Shown here one piece after another: positions 1 to 9,795 of a stretch of 64,000 nucleotides of DNA. This DNA comes from Candidatus Bipolaricaulia bacterium. GTDB taxonomy: Bacteria > Bipolaricaulota > Bipolaricaulia > RBG-16-55-9. The first letter of the stretch is position 1, and each line of letters starts with the position of its first letter. The translations under genes were made by a program, and so were the position numbers. The stretch covers positions 1 to 64,000 of the forward strand of contig JBDGQO010000049.1 in assembly GCA_042219045.1 (NCBI GenBank), given 5' to 3'. The notes under the pieces were generated by a model that saw nothing but the letters and a program-made list of their open reading frames with translations, searched no databases and was not told the DNA's origin.

Positions 1-498
1 GGCTTCTGGATGGGCCACGTCCGCGCCTACTCCAAGAAGCCGCGCAAGGCGCCCATCTACTGGCTGCTGCAGTCCCGGGACAAGCACTACGCCCTCTGGC
101 TCTACTACCACCGCCTGGACCGCGACACGCTCCACAAGGCGCTCGTCAACTACGTCGAGCCGAAGCTCCAGTTGGAGCGGAATCGCCTGAGCGACCGCAA
201 GGCCGCTCGCGAGGCGGCCGACGCCAGCTCGGCCGAGGCGAAGCGCCTGGAGCGCGAGATCGCCGACCAAGAGGACTTTCTCAATGAGCTGGAGGACTTC
301 GAGGAGCGGCTGCGCCGCGTCGCGGACCTCAACCCGCCGTTCGACCGCGACGACGGCGTCGTGCTCAACGTCGCGCCGCTGCACGAGCTCGTGCCCTGGA
401 ACGAGGCCGAGAAGCGCTGGACCGAGCTGATCGAGGGCAAGTACGAGTGGTCGGCCATCGGGGCGCAGTTGCGAGAGCAGGGCTGGGTGGAGGATTAA
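1..498 (+). CDS. pglX: BREX adenine methyltransferase PglX, C-terminal fragment (5'-truncated by window edge)
   Basis: Frame is open from base 1. KAPIYWLLQS..LWLYYHRLDRDTL and DRDDGVVLN resemble PglX C-termini; lies directly upstream of pglZ-brxL. Confidence 0.8.
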   Translation, partial: GFWMGHVRAYSKKPRKAPIYWLLQSRDKHYALWLYYHRLDRDTLHKALVNYVEPKLQLERNRLSDRKAAREAADASSAEAKRLEREIADQEDFLNELEDFEERLRRVADLNPPFDRDDGVVLNVAPLHELVPWNEAEKRWTELIEGKYEWSAIGAQLREQGWVED

Positions 499-502
499 GC
501 CA

Positions 503-3109
503 ATGGGCCACGTTCGCCAGCTTCTGGAGCGCGTCTTGGCCAAACAGGTCGACGAGCACGGCCTCGTCGTCTGGTACGACCCCGACGGCTTCTATCGCGA
601 GACGCTGGATGGCCTCCAAATTCCCGAGACGACGATCCGCTGCTACGACGGCAGCTTCTACGAACTCCGCCATGAGATCGAGCCGCTGATGAGCGGCAGC
701 GAAGCGCCCCGGCTGATCCTCTACGTCCCGCTGGCCCCGGCCGAGACCCATCAAGCCTTGGCCGAAGTCGAGGCGGCCGGCGTCGTCGTGAAGCCGGGCC
801 AACAGCCGCCGACCCGCAACACCCGACCGGCCATCATCGCCCGTCACGCCCTGCAGGATCACCTGGGCAAGGACAGCACGGCCAACATTGAGAAGCAGAT
901 CGAGGCCGGCAAGCTGGCCTTGGAAGATCTCGAGGCGCTCGCCGATCGGGGCCGGGACGTCACCCGCGGGGTGGTCAACGTCGTCTTCGGCACGGGCAAC
1001 CCCGAGGAGATCGCGTTGATGTTCCTGGCCCAGGACGTGGCCGACGATGCCATCGAGGCGAAGGACGCGGGGGGCGAGCTCCAGGAGCTGTTGCGCGCCG
1101 AGTTCGGCATGCCGTCCGCGGACGAGCGCTCGCTGGAGGCGTTGCGCCAGGACCTGGCGCGCCACGTTCTCGTCGCCGACTTTCGATCGGGATTCGCGGG
1201 CGAACCGCCATCCAGCTTGTCAAGCCTTCCGCACCCTGAGAGCCGCGCCGCCGCCGAAGCCTGCGTCGATCTGGCCCACACTTGGAGACGCCGTTCCGAC
1301 TACCGGCAGAGCTACGCCGCGCACGCCGAGCGGGTCGAAGGCGAACTGGGGCTGGCCGACCTCGCCCTGGAGCGCCCCCAGATCGAGGCGCTGGAGACGT
1401 TTCCCATGGTGGAGCAACGGCTGCAGGACGCGGTTGAAGACGAGCTGCTCCAGGCCCCGACGCGCGAGGCCACCGAGCTCGCCGAGCGTCGGCAGTCGAG
1501 CTTCTGGGCGGAGTTGCGGCCCAACCTCCAAGCCCGCTGGGGGCTCTTGGCCACGATCGGGGCGCTGCTGGTGGAAGCGGACCGGGTGGAGGCCGAGCTC
1601 AACGGCGCCAATGGAGACGTGGCCGCTCTCCTGGCGAGCTACACCGCCTCGGAGCGACCCTGGTCCCGGCTCGACACCCAGCATCGCCACATGGAAAGCC
1701 GCTACCACAGCCTGGAGATGGACGTTGAGCGGGACGATCAGACGCTGGAACGGCTGATCGCGCGAGCGCGCCAACGCTACACCGAGGTCGCGTCGGCGCT
1801 GAGCGAGCGCTTCATCTACGCCTATGAGGCGGCCGCGTTCGCCGTCCCGCGAACGCGCCATCAGACGCGCATCTTCGCCGACCTCGTCGCCCCGCACCTG
1901 GAGACGGCCAAAGTGGCCTACGTCTGGGTGGATGCGCTGCGGTATGAGATGGGGCACGAACTGGCCAAGAGCCTCGGCGAGGACCTGGAGGTGGGGCTTG
2001 AGCCGGCCGTGGCCGCCGTGCCCACCACCACGGAGGTCGGCATGGCCGCGCTGCTTCCCCGCGCCGACCGCGGCGCGCTCGCCGTGGCCAAGGGGCGTCA
2101 TCTGGGATTCGAGATCGACGGGACGCGGATCGAGGGTCGGGCCGATCGCGTCGCGTTCCTGAAGGACAACGCAGGCGTTGACGTCGTCGACGTCAAGCTC
2201 GAGGACCTCCTGCCGCGCCCGAAGCAGCGGACCGCCGAGGGCATCGAGGACGCCGAGCTCATCCTGGTCACGTCCCAAGAGATTGACGCCATTGGCGAGG
2301 ACGAGGGGTTCATGGCCCGCCGGACGATGGACGCGCTGCTGCACGAGCTGCAGCGGGCTTGCCGGGTGTTGACGGATCTGGGTGTGGGGCGGATCGTCTT
2401 GACCGCCGATCACGGCCACCTCTTCGGCGAGGAGCTGAGCGAGGCGATGAAGCTCGATCCCCCCGGAGGCCAGACGATCGAGCTTCGCCGACGCGTCTGG
2501 ATCGGCTATGGGGGCTCGCGGAACCCGGCGCTTCTGCGGACCGACCTGGCGAATCTCTTCTCCGTGGCATCGGATCATGAATCGACGGGCGAGACCCTGG
2601 AACTGGCCACACCCTGGAACTACGCCTGTTTTAAGAAGGCCGGGGGCGCAAGCGCCTACTTTCACGGCGGCCTGTCGCCGCAGGAGCTGATCGTGCCGGT
2701 GCTCGAGATCACCCAGCCGGGCGATCGGGCCTCGGGGGCAACGGGCCGCCTCAGCTGGAGTCTCACGCCGGGCAGTGAGACGATCAGCACCCGGTTCGTC
2801 TCCGTCCAGATCGCCGCAGAGGCGGCGGAGCTCTTCGACGTCACGCCGCCGCGCGTGCGCCTGGAGATCCGCGCCGGCGGCACGCCGATCTCCCGCCCGA
2901 TCAGTGCCTCCTACGGGTTCGACGACGGCACGGGCAACGTGCAGCTCCGGTTGGATGAGGCCAACCCGCGACGGATCGCGCCCAACACCGTCACGTTGAT
3001 GATCACCGAGGCCTCAAGCGCGGCGAGCGTGAGCGTCCACCTTCTCGATGCGACGACGGGGGTCGAGCTGGCACGACTGGACGAGATCGAGATGGCCATC
3101 AGCCTATGA
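503..3109 (+). CDS. pglZ: BREX PglZ-domain protein (alkaline phosphatase superfamily)
   Basis: Motifs VDALRYE, PTTTEVGMAALLP, TADHG, HGGLSPQELIVP; 868 aa; between pglX and brxL. Confidence 0.9.
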   Translation: MGHVRQLLERVLAKQVDEHGLVVWYDPDGFYRETLDGLQIPETTIRCYDGSFYELRHEIEPLMSGSEAPRLILYVPLAPAETHQALAEVEAAGVVVKPGQQPPTRNTRPAIIARHALQDHLGKDSTANIEKQIEAGKLALEDLEALADRGRDVTRGVVNVVFGTGNPEEIALMFLAQDVADDAIEAKDAGGELQELLRAEFGMPSADERSLEALRQDLARHVLVADFRSGFAGEPPSSLSSLPHPESRAAAEACVDLAHTWRRRSDYRQSYAAHAERVEGELGLADLALERPQIEALETFPMVEQRLQDAVEDELLQAPTREATELAERRQSSFWAELRPNLQARWGLLATIGALLVEADRVEAELNGANGDVAALLASYTASERPWSRLDTQHRHMESRYHSLEMDVERDDQTLERLIARARQRYTEVASALSERFIYAYEAAAFAVPRTRHQTRIFADLVAPHLETAKVAYVWVDALRYEMGHELAKSLGEDLEVGLEPAVAAVPTTTEVGMAALLPRADRGALAVAKGRHLGFEIDGTRIEGRADRVAFLKDNAGVDVVDVKLEDLLPRPKQRTAEGIEDAELILVTSQEIDAIGEDEGFMARRTMDALLHELQRACRVLTDLGVGRIVLTADHGHLFGEELSEAMKLDPPGGQTIELRRRVWIGYGGSRNPALLRTDLANLFSVASDHESTGETLELATPWNYACFKKAGGASAYFHGGLSPQELIVPVLEITQPGDRASGATGRLSWSLTPGSETISTRFVSVQIAAEAAELFDVTPPRVRLEIRAGGTPISRPISASYGFDDGTGNVQLRLDEANPRRIAPNTVTLMITEASSAASVSVHLLDATTGVELARLDEIEMAISL

Positions 3110-3122
3110 GCGGGAGGACGCC

Positions 3123-5150
3123 ATGAGCGAACTCGATCAGAAGGCCACCAAGGTGTTTGCCGGAAAAGTGGTCCGCAAGGACCTGGTGCAAAATGTGAAG
3201 GTCGGGACCCACATCCCCGTCTTTGTGTTGGAATATCTGCTCGGCAAGTACTGCGCCACCGACGACCCGACTGCCATTGAGGCCGGCCTCAACATGGTCC
3301 ATTCCACGTTGACGGAGAACTTCGTCCGCCCGGACGAGGCCAACAAGGCGCAATCGTTGGTGCGCGAGCGCGGCAAGCATACCCTCATCGACAAGGTGAA
3401 GGTCCGGTACCTCTCCGACGACGACAAGTACTGGGCCGAGTTCGTCAACTTCGGCCACAAGTACGTCCACGTCCCGGAGCACTACGTCCGCGAATACGAT
3501 CGTCTGCTGATGGGCGGCATCTGGGCCCAGGTGGACCTCCGGCACCAGTACGACGACGCGGCCAGCGGCAAACGGAGCCCCTTCTGGATCGAACGGCTCC
3601 AGCCCATCCAGGTCGCCACGTTCGAGCTCGAGGAGTACTGCGAGCTGCGCCGGCAGTTCGACACGGAGGAATGGATCGATCTGCTGATCCGCAGCATCGG
3701 GCTGGAACCGACCCATTTCGACCGGCGGCTCAAGCTGCTCTTCTTCATGCGCCTGGTGCCCCTGTGCGAGCAGAACTACAACTTCGTCGAGCTGGGCCCG
3801 CGCGGAACGGGCAAGTCGTATGCCTATCAGGAATTGTCCCCCTACGCCATTCTGATGACGGGCTCGACCACGGTCGCCAACCTCTTCTACAACATCGCCC
3901 GCAGCGCCATGGGCCTGGTCGGCCTGTGGGACGCGGTGGCCTTCGACGAGGTGGCCGACCTGCAGAAGATGCCGAGCGAGGTCGTCACGACGCTCAAGAC
4001 CTACTGCGAATCCGGCACCTTCGCTCGCGGTCGGGAGAGCCTCTCCGGCAACGCCTCCATCGTGATGTTCGGCAACACCAACCAGCCCGTGGAGGCGATG
4101 GTGCGATCGTCGCACCTCTTTGCGCCGATGCCCGAGATCATCCGCGAGGACATGGCGTTCCTGGATCGCCTCCACTTCTATCTGCCCGGGTGGGAGATCC
4201 CGAAGATGCAGATGGACTTCTTCACCGAACACTACGGCTTCGTCGTCGACTATCTCGCGGAGGCGATGCGCGAGTTGCGGCGCCACAACTTCGCGGAAAG
4301 CCTGGACCAGCACTTCTCGCTCGGCTCCCACTTGAACGCGCGCGACGCCAAGGCCGTCCGCAAGTCCGTCTCCGGGCTGGTCAAGCTGATCTATCCCCAC
4401 GGCGAGGTCCCCAAGGCGGACATGACCGAGCTGGTCGAGCTGGCCCTCGAAGGCCGGCGGCGCGTCAAGGAACAGCTCAAGAAGCTCGGGTCGTTCGAGT
4501 ACCATCAGACCTCGTTTTCGCTCATCGACAACGACACGCGTGAGGAGCAGTACGTCGGGGTCCCCGAAGAGGGCGGTCGTGACCTGATCTCCGTCGACCC
4601 GCTGGCCTCCGGCTCGGTCTATACCGCTTCCGTGGATGAACAAGGGAAAGTCGGGCTCTATCGCCTCGAGGTCGGGTGTTCAGCCGGGACCGGCAAGCTC
4701 AAGATCGCCGGCGGCATCGACACCCAGATGAAGGAATCGCTGCAGCGAGCGTTCGCCTATCTCAAGGGCCGCAAGTCCGAGATGGGCATCGGCGGCGACG
4801 TCGATACCACGGACTTCCACGTGGAAGCGATCGACCTGTTGACCAACCGCATCGCCTGTGAGGCCGGCGTCGCGCTGGTCGTGGCCATCTACTCGGCGCT
4901 GAAGAGCCAGTCGACGCTGGCCGGTCTGCTCATCCTGGGCGACCTGAGCATCCAAGGCAACATCAAGCCGCTCAACTCACTGGCCGAGCCGCTCCAAGTC
5001 GGCATGGACAATGGAGCTCGCTACGCGCTCATCCCGATCGAGAACAAGCGGAACTTCTTGGAGGTCTCCGGCGACATCGTCGAGCGCGTCAACCCCATCT
5101 TCTATGGCGATCCGTTCACAGCGGCCATGAAGGGACTGGGGATTCGGTAG
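3123..5150 (+). CDS. brxL: BREX Lon-like AAA+ protein BrxL
   Basis: FAGKVVRKDL..PVFVLEYLLGKYC N-terminus, Walker A GPRGTGKS, VAFDEVA, AFLDRLH, C-terminal Lon-like domain; SD GGAGG before ATG 3123. Confidence 0.93.
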   Translation: MSELDQKATKVFAGKVVRKDLVQNVKVGTHIPVFVLEYLLGKYCATDDPTAIEAGLNMVHSTLTENFVRPDEANKAQSLVRERGKHTLIDKVKVRYLSDDDKYWAEFVNFGHKYVHVPEHYVREYDRLLMGGIWAQVDLRHQYDDAASGKRSPFWIERLQPIQVATFELEEYCELRRQFDTEEWIDLLIRSIGLEPTHFDRRLKLLFFMRLVPLCEQNYNFVELGPRGTGKSYAYQELSPYAILMTGSTTVANLFYNIARSAMGLVGLWDAVAFDEVADLQKMPSEVVTTLKTYCESGTFARGRESLSGNASIVMFGNTNQPVEAMVRSSHLFAPMPEIIREDMAFLDRLHFYLPGWEIPKMQMDFFTEHYGFVVDYLAEAMRELRRHNFAESLDQHFSLGSHLNARDAKAVRKSVSGLVKLIYPHGEVPKADMTELVELALEGRRRVKEQLKKLGSFEYHQTSFSLIDNDTREEQYVGVPEEGGRDLISVDPLASGSVYTASVDEQGKVGLYRLEVGCSAGTGKLKIAGGIDTQMKESLQRAFAYLKGRKSEMGIGGDVDTTDFHVEAIDLLTNRIACEAGVALVVAIYSALKSQSTLAGLLILGDLSIQGNIKPLNSLAEPLQVGMDNGARYALIPIENKRNFLEVSGDIVERVNPIFYGDPFTAAMKGLGIR

Positions 5151-5268
5151 AGAAGTGGCAACGCCGGTGACCACGCGGTCAAGTCGCTCAATGGAAGCCG
5201 CGTTGTCCCATGGACTTGGCTTCAGACCAGATTGACTCCCTAGGCGGATAAGCTTTCAAGTGGGGAAG

Positions 5269-5523
5269 TCACGACCGAGCGGAGCGCCGCCGCCGCTGCT
5301 GAAGGCTGCGCAAGAGCCAGCCGAGCGCGATGCCAACGACGAGCACGACGAACAACATGAGCGCCCGTGAGGTGGTGATTGACCAGGCGAAGAGTTCCAC
5401 GGTCGTGGCCTCCGTGTTCTGCAAGGCGAAAATCACGATCAACGCAGCTAGCACAAGGGCGCTGATCAGTCGGACGTTGCGCGGGCCGGGTCGGGGACGT
5501 TGCGGTTCGGTCGCTTGGGACAT
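5269..5523 (-). CDS. LapA/DUF1049-family small membrane protein
   Basis: Two hydrophobic helices around the IFALQN motif; basic C-terminus. Confidence 0.75.
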   Translation of the reverse strand: MSQATEPQRPRPGPRNVRLISALVLAALIVIFALQNTEATTVELFAWSITTSRALMLFVVLVVGIALGWLLRSLQQRRRRSARS

Positions 5524-5548
5524 GGGGGATTGCTAGCATATTGAGATC

Positions 5549-5968
5549 TCAAGTGCCAAACGCGGCATCCGTCGGACAGTCAAGTTCGGGCACATAAGGC
5601 TTAATGTCCACGATCGGCGTCCCGTCCAGCGCTTCGAGGCCACGCACGGTGACCCTTCGATCCTCGATGGAGACGAGTTCACAGACGGTGAGGCCGATCG
5701 GGTTCGGCCGGGCCGGCGATCGAGAGGCCAAGATGCCGCGTTCCTCGCCCCATCGGCGGTGGCGGTCGCTGGTGACGACGTCCCGTTCGGCGCGATCCGT
5801 CCAGAAGAGCACCCAGACGTGCGCATACGCCTCGAGTCCGACCAACGCCCGCTTGAATCGTCCCTCGATCTGCAACGTACACGTGTCCTCCAACCAGGCG
5901 CCCTGACGGGGCGCATCCTCATGGGTCGAGTACGGGGAGCGGACGACGCCAATCGGAACGCATTCCAT
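5549..5968 (-). CDS. tsaA: TrmO/TsaA-like tRNA (t6A37) methyltransferase
   Basis: PIGVVRSP, APRQG, RSPARPNPIGL, GLEALDGTPIVDIKPY. Alternative GTG start at 5986 overlaps the iorB stop. Confidence 0.85.
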   Translation of the reverse strand: MECVPIGVVRSPYSTHEDAPRQGAWLEDTCTLQIEGRFKRALVGLEAYAHVWVLFWTDRAERDVVTSDRHRRWGEERGILASRSPARPNPIGLTVCELVSIEDRRVTVRGLEALDGTPIVDIKPYVPELDCPTDAAFGT

Positions 5969-5982
5969 GGGGGCTCTCTCGG

Positions 5983-6597
5983 TCACGCAGCTCTGGCCGA
6001 ATGCTCGGCTTCGGCCCAGGCGATCCCGGCCTCGAAAGCGGCCAGGTTCAGGTCGACGGTTTGCGGGGGGACGAGCTCGCATAGCGCCTGGCGCCACGAC
6101 GGCAGCCCCAAATCGAGCTGGGCCGAGAGCGCGCCGAGCGTCACCGTATTGGCCAGTTTCGGGTTCCCCAACCGGTCGGCGCGATCCAAGCCCGGCACCA
6201 TCCACACGCGATCGGTGTGATAACGGAGAATCCCGGCCACGTTGTCCGGATAGGCGGCCGCTTTGAGCGATTCCAGCGGCGGCGCCAGCCGCTGGTCGTT
6301 GACGACGACGATGCCGCCTTGCGCCACGTACGTCAGATATCGCAGGGATTCCAGCCGTTCAAAAGCGAGCAGGACGTCGGCCTCGCCCTGGGGGATCATG
6401 GGCGAGAGCACCTCTTCAGGGCCGTAGCGCACCGTGCTGAAGACGGATCCACCCCGTTGTGACATCCCGTGGACTTCCGACGTGGCGACCTTGCGGCCGT
6501 CGATCTCGGCAGCTCGGGCAACGATCCGCCCGGCGAGCACCGAGCCTTGGCCGCCGACCCCGGCAAGCGCGATGTCCACGGTCTCGATGAGGCTCAT
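5983..6597 (-). CDS. iorB: Indolepyruvate oxidoreductase beta subunit
   Basis: AGVGGQG, SEVHGMSQRGGSV, NLAAFEAG; ATGA overlap with the iorA stop. Confidence 0.92.
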   Translation of the reverse strand: MSLIETVDIALAGVGGQGSVLAGRIVARAAEIDGRKVATSEVHGMSQRGGSVFSTVRYGPEEVLSPMIPQGEADVLLAFERLESLRYLTYVAQGGIVVVNDQRLAPPLESLKAAAYPDNVAGILRYHTDRVWMVPGLDRADRLGNPKLANTVTLGALSAQLDLGLPSWRQALCELVPPQTVDLNLAAFEAGIAWAEAEHSARAA

Positions 6598-9587
6598 GGG
6601 GACCTCCGTCGATTGAGGAAGCGGACGACGCTGTCGGCGACGCGGCGACCGGTGGCGATGCCTTGGGTCACCGTGCCATGGCCGAACGCCGCGTCGCCGC
6701 AGGCAAAGACGTTCTGCTCCGGCGTCGAGCCGGTGAAGTCGATCGGAATCCGATTGCCGTCCCGCAACTGACTGTCCGCCAGCCACGAGAGATCCGCCCG
6801 TTCGCCAATGGCCATGATGACGGTGTCGGCGCTGATCTCGATTGTCGCTCCGTCGATCGGCTCCGGGCGGCGGCGCTCGTCCTGATCGGGCTCGCCAAGC
6901 TTCATGGGCCGCAGTTCCAATCCGGTTGCCTGGCCGTCGACGGTCCGCAAGCGCTCGGGCGCCACCAAAAATTGGAACGCCACGCCCTCCGCGCTCGCCT
7001 CGTCCACCTCGTCGGCGATCGCGGGCATTTCGGCCTCCGTGCGTCGGTAGCAGACGGTCACCTCGGCCCCGTGACGACGCGCGGTTCGGGCGCAGTCGAC
7101 CGCCGTGTTGCCGCCGCCAATGACGACCACGTGCGGGCCGAGCTCCAGCGCCTCGCCGCCGTTGGCGCGCCTCAACAGCTCGAGGCCGTCCCACCATCCG
7201 CGGACCGTGGGCTCCATCCCCTCCAGTTGGATCTCGCGCGGCTGATCCAGGCCCACGCCGAGCACGACGGCGTCGGAGTCGGCCTTGAGGTCCTCGAACG
7301 AGCGGTCCCGGCCAATGCGGATGCCACACCGGATCTCGACCCCGATCGCCGTGAGCCGAGCGATCTCGCCATCGAGAACGGCCTTGTCCAAGCGGAAGTC
7401 GGGGATGCCCTCGCGCATCATGCCCCCAGGTTCGCCGGATGACTCGAAGACCGTCACGCCGACGCCGGCCCGTCGGAGGTGCCAGGCGGCCGCGAGCCCG
7501 GCCGGTCCGGAGCCGACAATCGCGACGTGCTCGGGCCGGTCAGCCGGCGGCGCAAATTCAGCCCCCGTGTATTCCTCCAACCCGACGTCGCCCAGATGCC
7601 GCTCCACGGCCTGGACCGAGAGCCGTCGACCGTCGGCGGTCAAGGGAAACGCGCGGACGAGCTCGGGGAACCGCTCGGCGCGCTGCGACCCCTGCGGCCA
7701 GCCGAGCGCGTTCGTCTCGTGCTCGCACGGGTGCGGGCAGACGCGGCCCGAGACCGCGGGGAAGGGGTTGACGTCCAGGATCGTTGCCAGCGCGTCAGTG
7801 TCCCGCCCCTCGTTGACGAGCTCAAGCACGCGCGGAATATCGGCCCCGGCGTGGCAGTCGGAACACACTTGCTGGCAGTGCGTGCAGGCGATGCACAGCA
7901 TCCCGTCGATCTGGAGCGTCCCGTTCTCGTCGATGCCGATACCGGGACAGCCGACGGTCGTGCAGGCGTGGCAGTCGGTGCATAGCTCGCGGTTGATGGT
8001 CAGCGGCTCGTCGAACTGGGTCCGCTCCATCAGGACGCAGGGCGCATCTGCGATGACGACCGACAATTGGTCGCGATCAAGGGCATCCTCAAGCGTGTCT
8101 CGGACCGCGTCCAGATCGTAGGGATCGACGCGCGCGACGTGCTCGATGCCGAGCCCCCGACAGAGCCCTTCCAGGTCGACGACGCGAGCCGGCTCGCCGT
8201 GGACGTCCTTGCCCATGCCCGGATGGCCCTGATGGCCCGTCATGGCCGTTGTGTGGTTGTCCATGACGACGACGGTGCTCATGCCGCCGTTGTAGAGCAC
8301 GTCGACGAGCCCCGGGATGCCGGAGTGATAGAACGTCGAGTCGCCGATGACGGCCACGAGGTTTTCGCGCTCGGCTTCGGCCATAACCTTGGCCATGCCG
8401 TGAGCCATTCCAATGGAGGCCCCCATGTTCATGCAGGTGTCCATCGCGCCCAGCGGCGGCAGCGCGCCGAGCGTGTAGCAGCCGATGTCGCCCGTGACGG
8501 TCGCGCCCAGCTCATCCAACGCCGTGAAGACGCCGCGATGGCCGCAGCCGGGACAGAGCACGGGCGGGCGCGGCGGCAGCGGCGGGACGTCGATCTGGGG
8601 GCGTCCCTCCGTCGAATCCGCCACGGCCGCCCGCAGCGCGTCCACGGACAGTTCGCCGGTGCGCGGCACCACGTCCTTCCCCAGGCACTCGATCCCGAGT
8701 GCGCGGACCTGCTCCTCCAAAAACGGCTCCAGCTCTTCAGCCACCAGGATCGTTGAGCGTCCCTCGCAAAATTCCGTGACAACGTGGCGCGGAAGCGGAT
8801 GGGTCAGCCCGAGTTTCAGGACGGCCGCGTCGGGGAACGCCTCGCGGACATAGGGGAACGCCGATCCGGCCGTGACGATGGCGAGGTCGCCGCTGCCCTC
8901 GAAGACCTTGACCCAGCGCTCGGCCTCGGCTTCCATTTGGGGGATCCGTTCGGCTTCGATCCAGTTATGACGAATCCGACCGTGAGCCGGGAGAACCACG
9001 TGTTTCTGAGGTCGTTTGCGATACGGTTTGCGTTCCACGCCGTGTCGCTCGCCCCGTTCGACGGGGCCGGTGCCGTGGGAAATCCGCGTCGTGGTGCGCA
9101 GCATGACGGGCGTGTCGCAGCGCTCCGACAGCTCGAAGGCCCGTCGGGCGTGGTCCTTAGCCTCTTGGGGCGTCGAGGGCTCCAGCAGGGCGAGCCGAGC
9201 CGCGCGAGCCAACCGCCGATTGTCCTGTTCGTTCTGCGAGGAGTGCATGCCGGGATCGTCAGCGGAGACGATCACCAGTCCGCCATTGGCGCCCATGTAG
9301 GAGGCCGAGAAGAGCGGATCGGCCGCGACGTTGACCCCGACGTGCTTCATGGCAGCCAGAGCCCGTCCGCCGGCCACGGATGCGCCGACCGCGACCTCCA
9401 ACGCGACCTTCTCGTTCGTGGACCACTCGCAGTTGATGTTTTCGTAGCGTGCAAGCTCTTCCAGGATTTCCGTGCTCGGCGTGCCCGGATAGGCCGCCGC
9501 CACGTGGACACCGCCCTCCCAGACGCCGCGCGCGATGGCGGCGTTGCCCGACAGCAGCTTCTCGGCCGTCTTGGCGGTTGAGGTCAT
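6594..9587 (-). CDS. iorA: Indolepyruvate oxidoreductase alpha subunit fused to a GltD-like Fe-S/FAD/NAD(P) oxidoreductase
   Basis: LSGNAAIARG, YPGTPSTE, NEKVALE, DDPGMHSSQNEQD, CPGCGHR, GDIGCY, GDST..DN ThDP motif, ferredoxin Cys motifs; then GRVCPHPCE, GSGPAG, GIPDFRL, GGGNTAVD, YRR. Confidence 0.9.
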   Translation of the reverse strand: MTSTAKTAEKLLSGNAAIARGVWEGGVHVAAAYPGTPSTEILEELARYENINCEWSTNEKVALEVAVGASVAGGRALAAMKHVGVNVAADPLFSASYMGANGGLVIVSADDPGMHSSQNEQDNRRLARAARLALLEPSTPQEAKDHARRAFELSERCDTPVMLRTTTRISHGTGPVERGERHGVERKPYRKRPQKHVVLPAHGRIRHNWIEAERIPQMEAEAERWVKVFEGSGDLAIVTAGSAFPYVREAFPDAAVLKLGLTHPLPRHVVTEFCEGRSTILVAEELEPFLEEQVRALGIECLGKDVVPRTGELSVDALRAAVADSTEGRPQIDVPPLPPRPPVLCPGCGHRGVFTALDELGATVTGDIGCYTLGALPPLGAMDTCMNMGASIGMAHGMAKVMAEAERENLVAVIGDSTFYHSGIPGLVDVLYNGGMSTVVVMDNHTTAMTGHQGHPGMGKDVHGEPARVVDLEGLCRGLGIEHVARVDPYDLDAVRDTLEDALDRDQLSVVIADAPCVLMERTQFDEPLTINRELCTDCHACTTVGCPGIGIDENGTLQIDGMLCIACTHCQQVCSDCHAGADIPRVLELVNEGRDTDALATILDVNPFPAVSGRVCPHPCEHETNALGWPQGSQRAERFPELVRAFPLTADGRRLSVQAVERHLGDVGLEEYTGAEFAPPADRPEHVAIVGSGPAGLAAAWHLRRAGVGVTVFESSGEPGGMMREGIPDFRLDKAVLDGEIARLTAIGVEIRCGIRIGRDRSFEDLKADSDAVVLGVGLDQPREIQLEGMEPTVRGWWDGLELLRRANGGEALELGPHVVVIGGGNTAVDCARTARRHGAEVTVCYRRTEAEMPAIADEVDEASAEGVAFQFLVAPERLRTVDGQATGLELRPMKLGEPDQDERRRPEPIDGATIEISADTVIMAIGERADLSWLADSQLRDGNRIPIDFTGSTPEQNVFACGDAAFGHGTVTQGIATGRRVADSVVRFLNRRRSP

Positions 9588-9612
9588 GATGCCCTCCTCA
9601 AGGGATGGAACC

Positions 9613-9654
9613 CTACCTCCGTGATCGATGGCGGGCCATGACGACGATCAACAT
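9613..9654 (-). other. Candidate leader peptide MLIVVMARHRSRR upstream of iorA
   Basis: Translated by hand; preceded by AGGTGAGG; ends 25 nt before the iorA ATG. Confidence 0.35.
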
Positions 9655-9795
9655 GGCCTCACCTGTTAAATCTCAGCTTTGGCGTTGATATTCATCATTC
9701 GTCCGGGGCACATTGGTGGTAGAATGGCCGATGGGCAGAACCGTTGTGTTCCTGCGAAGCACGGCGGCACATCGTTCGATCTCAAGGAGGGCGGC

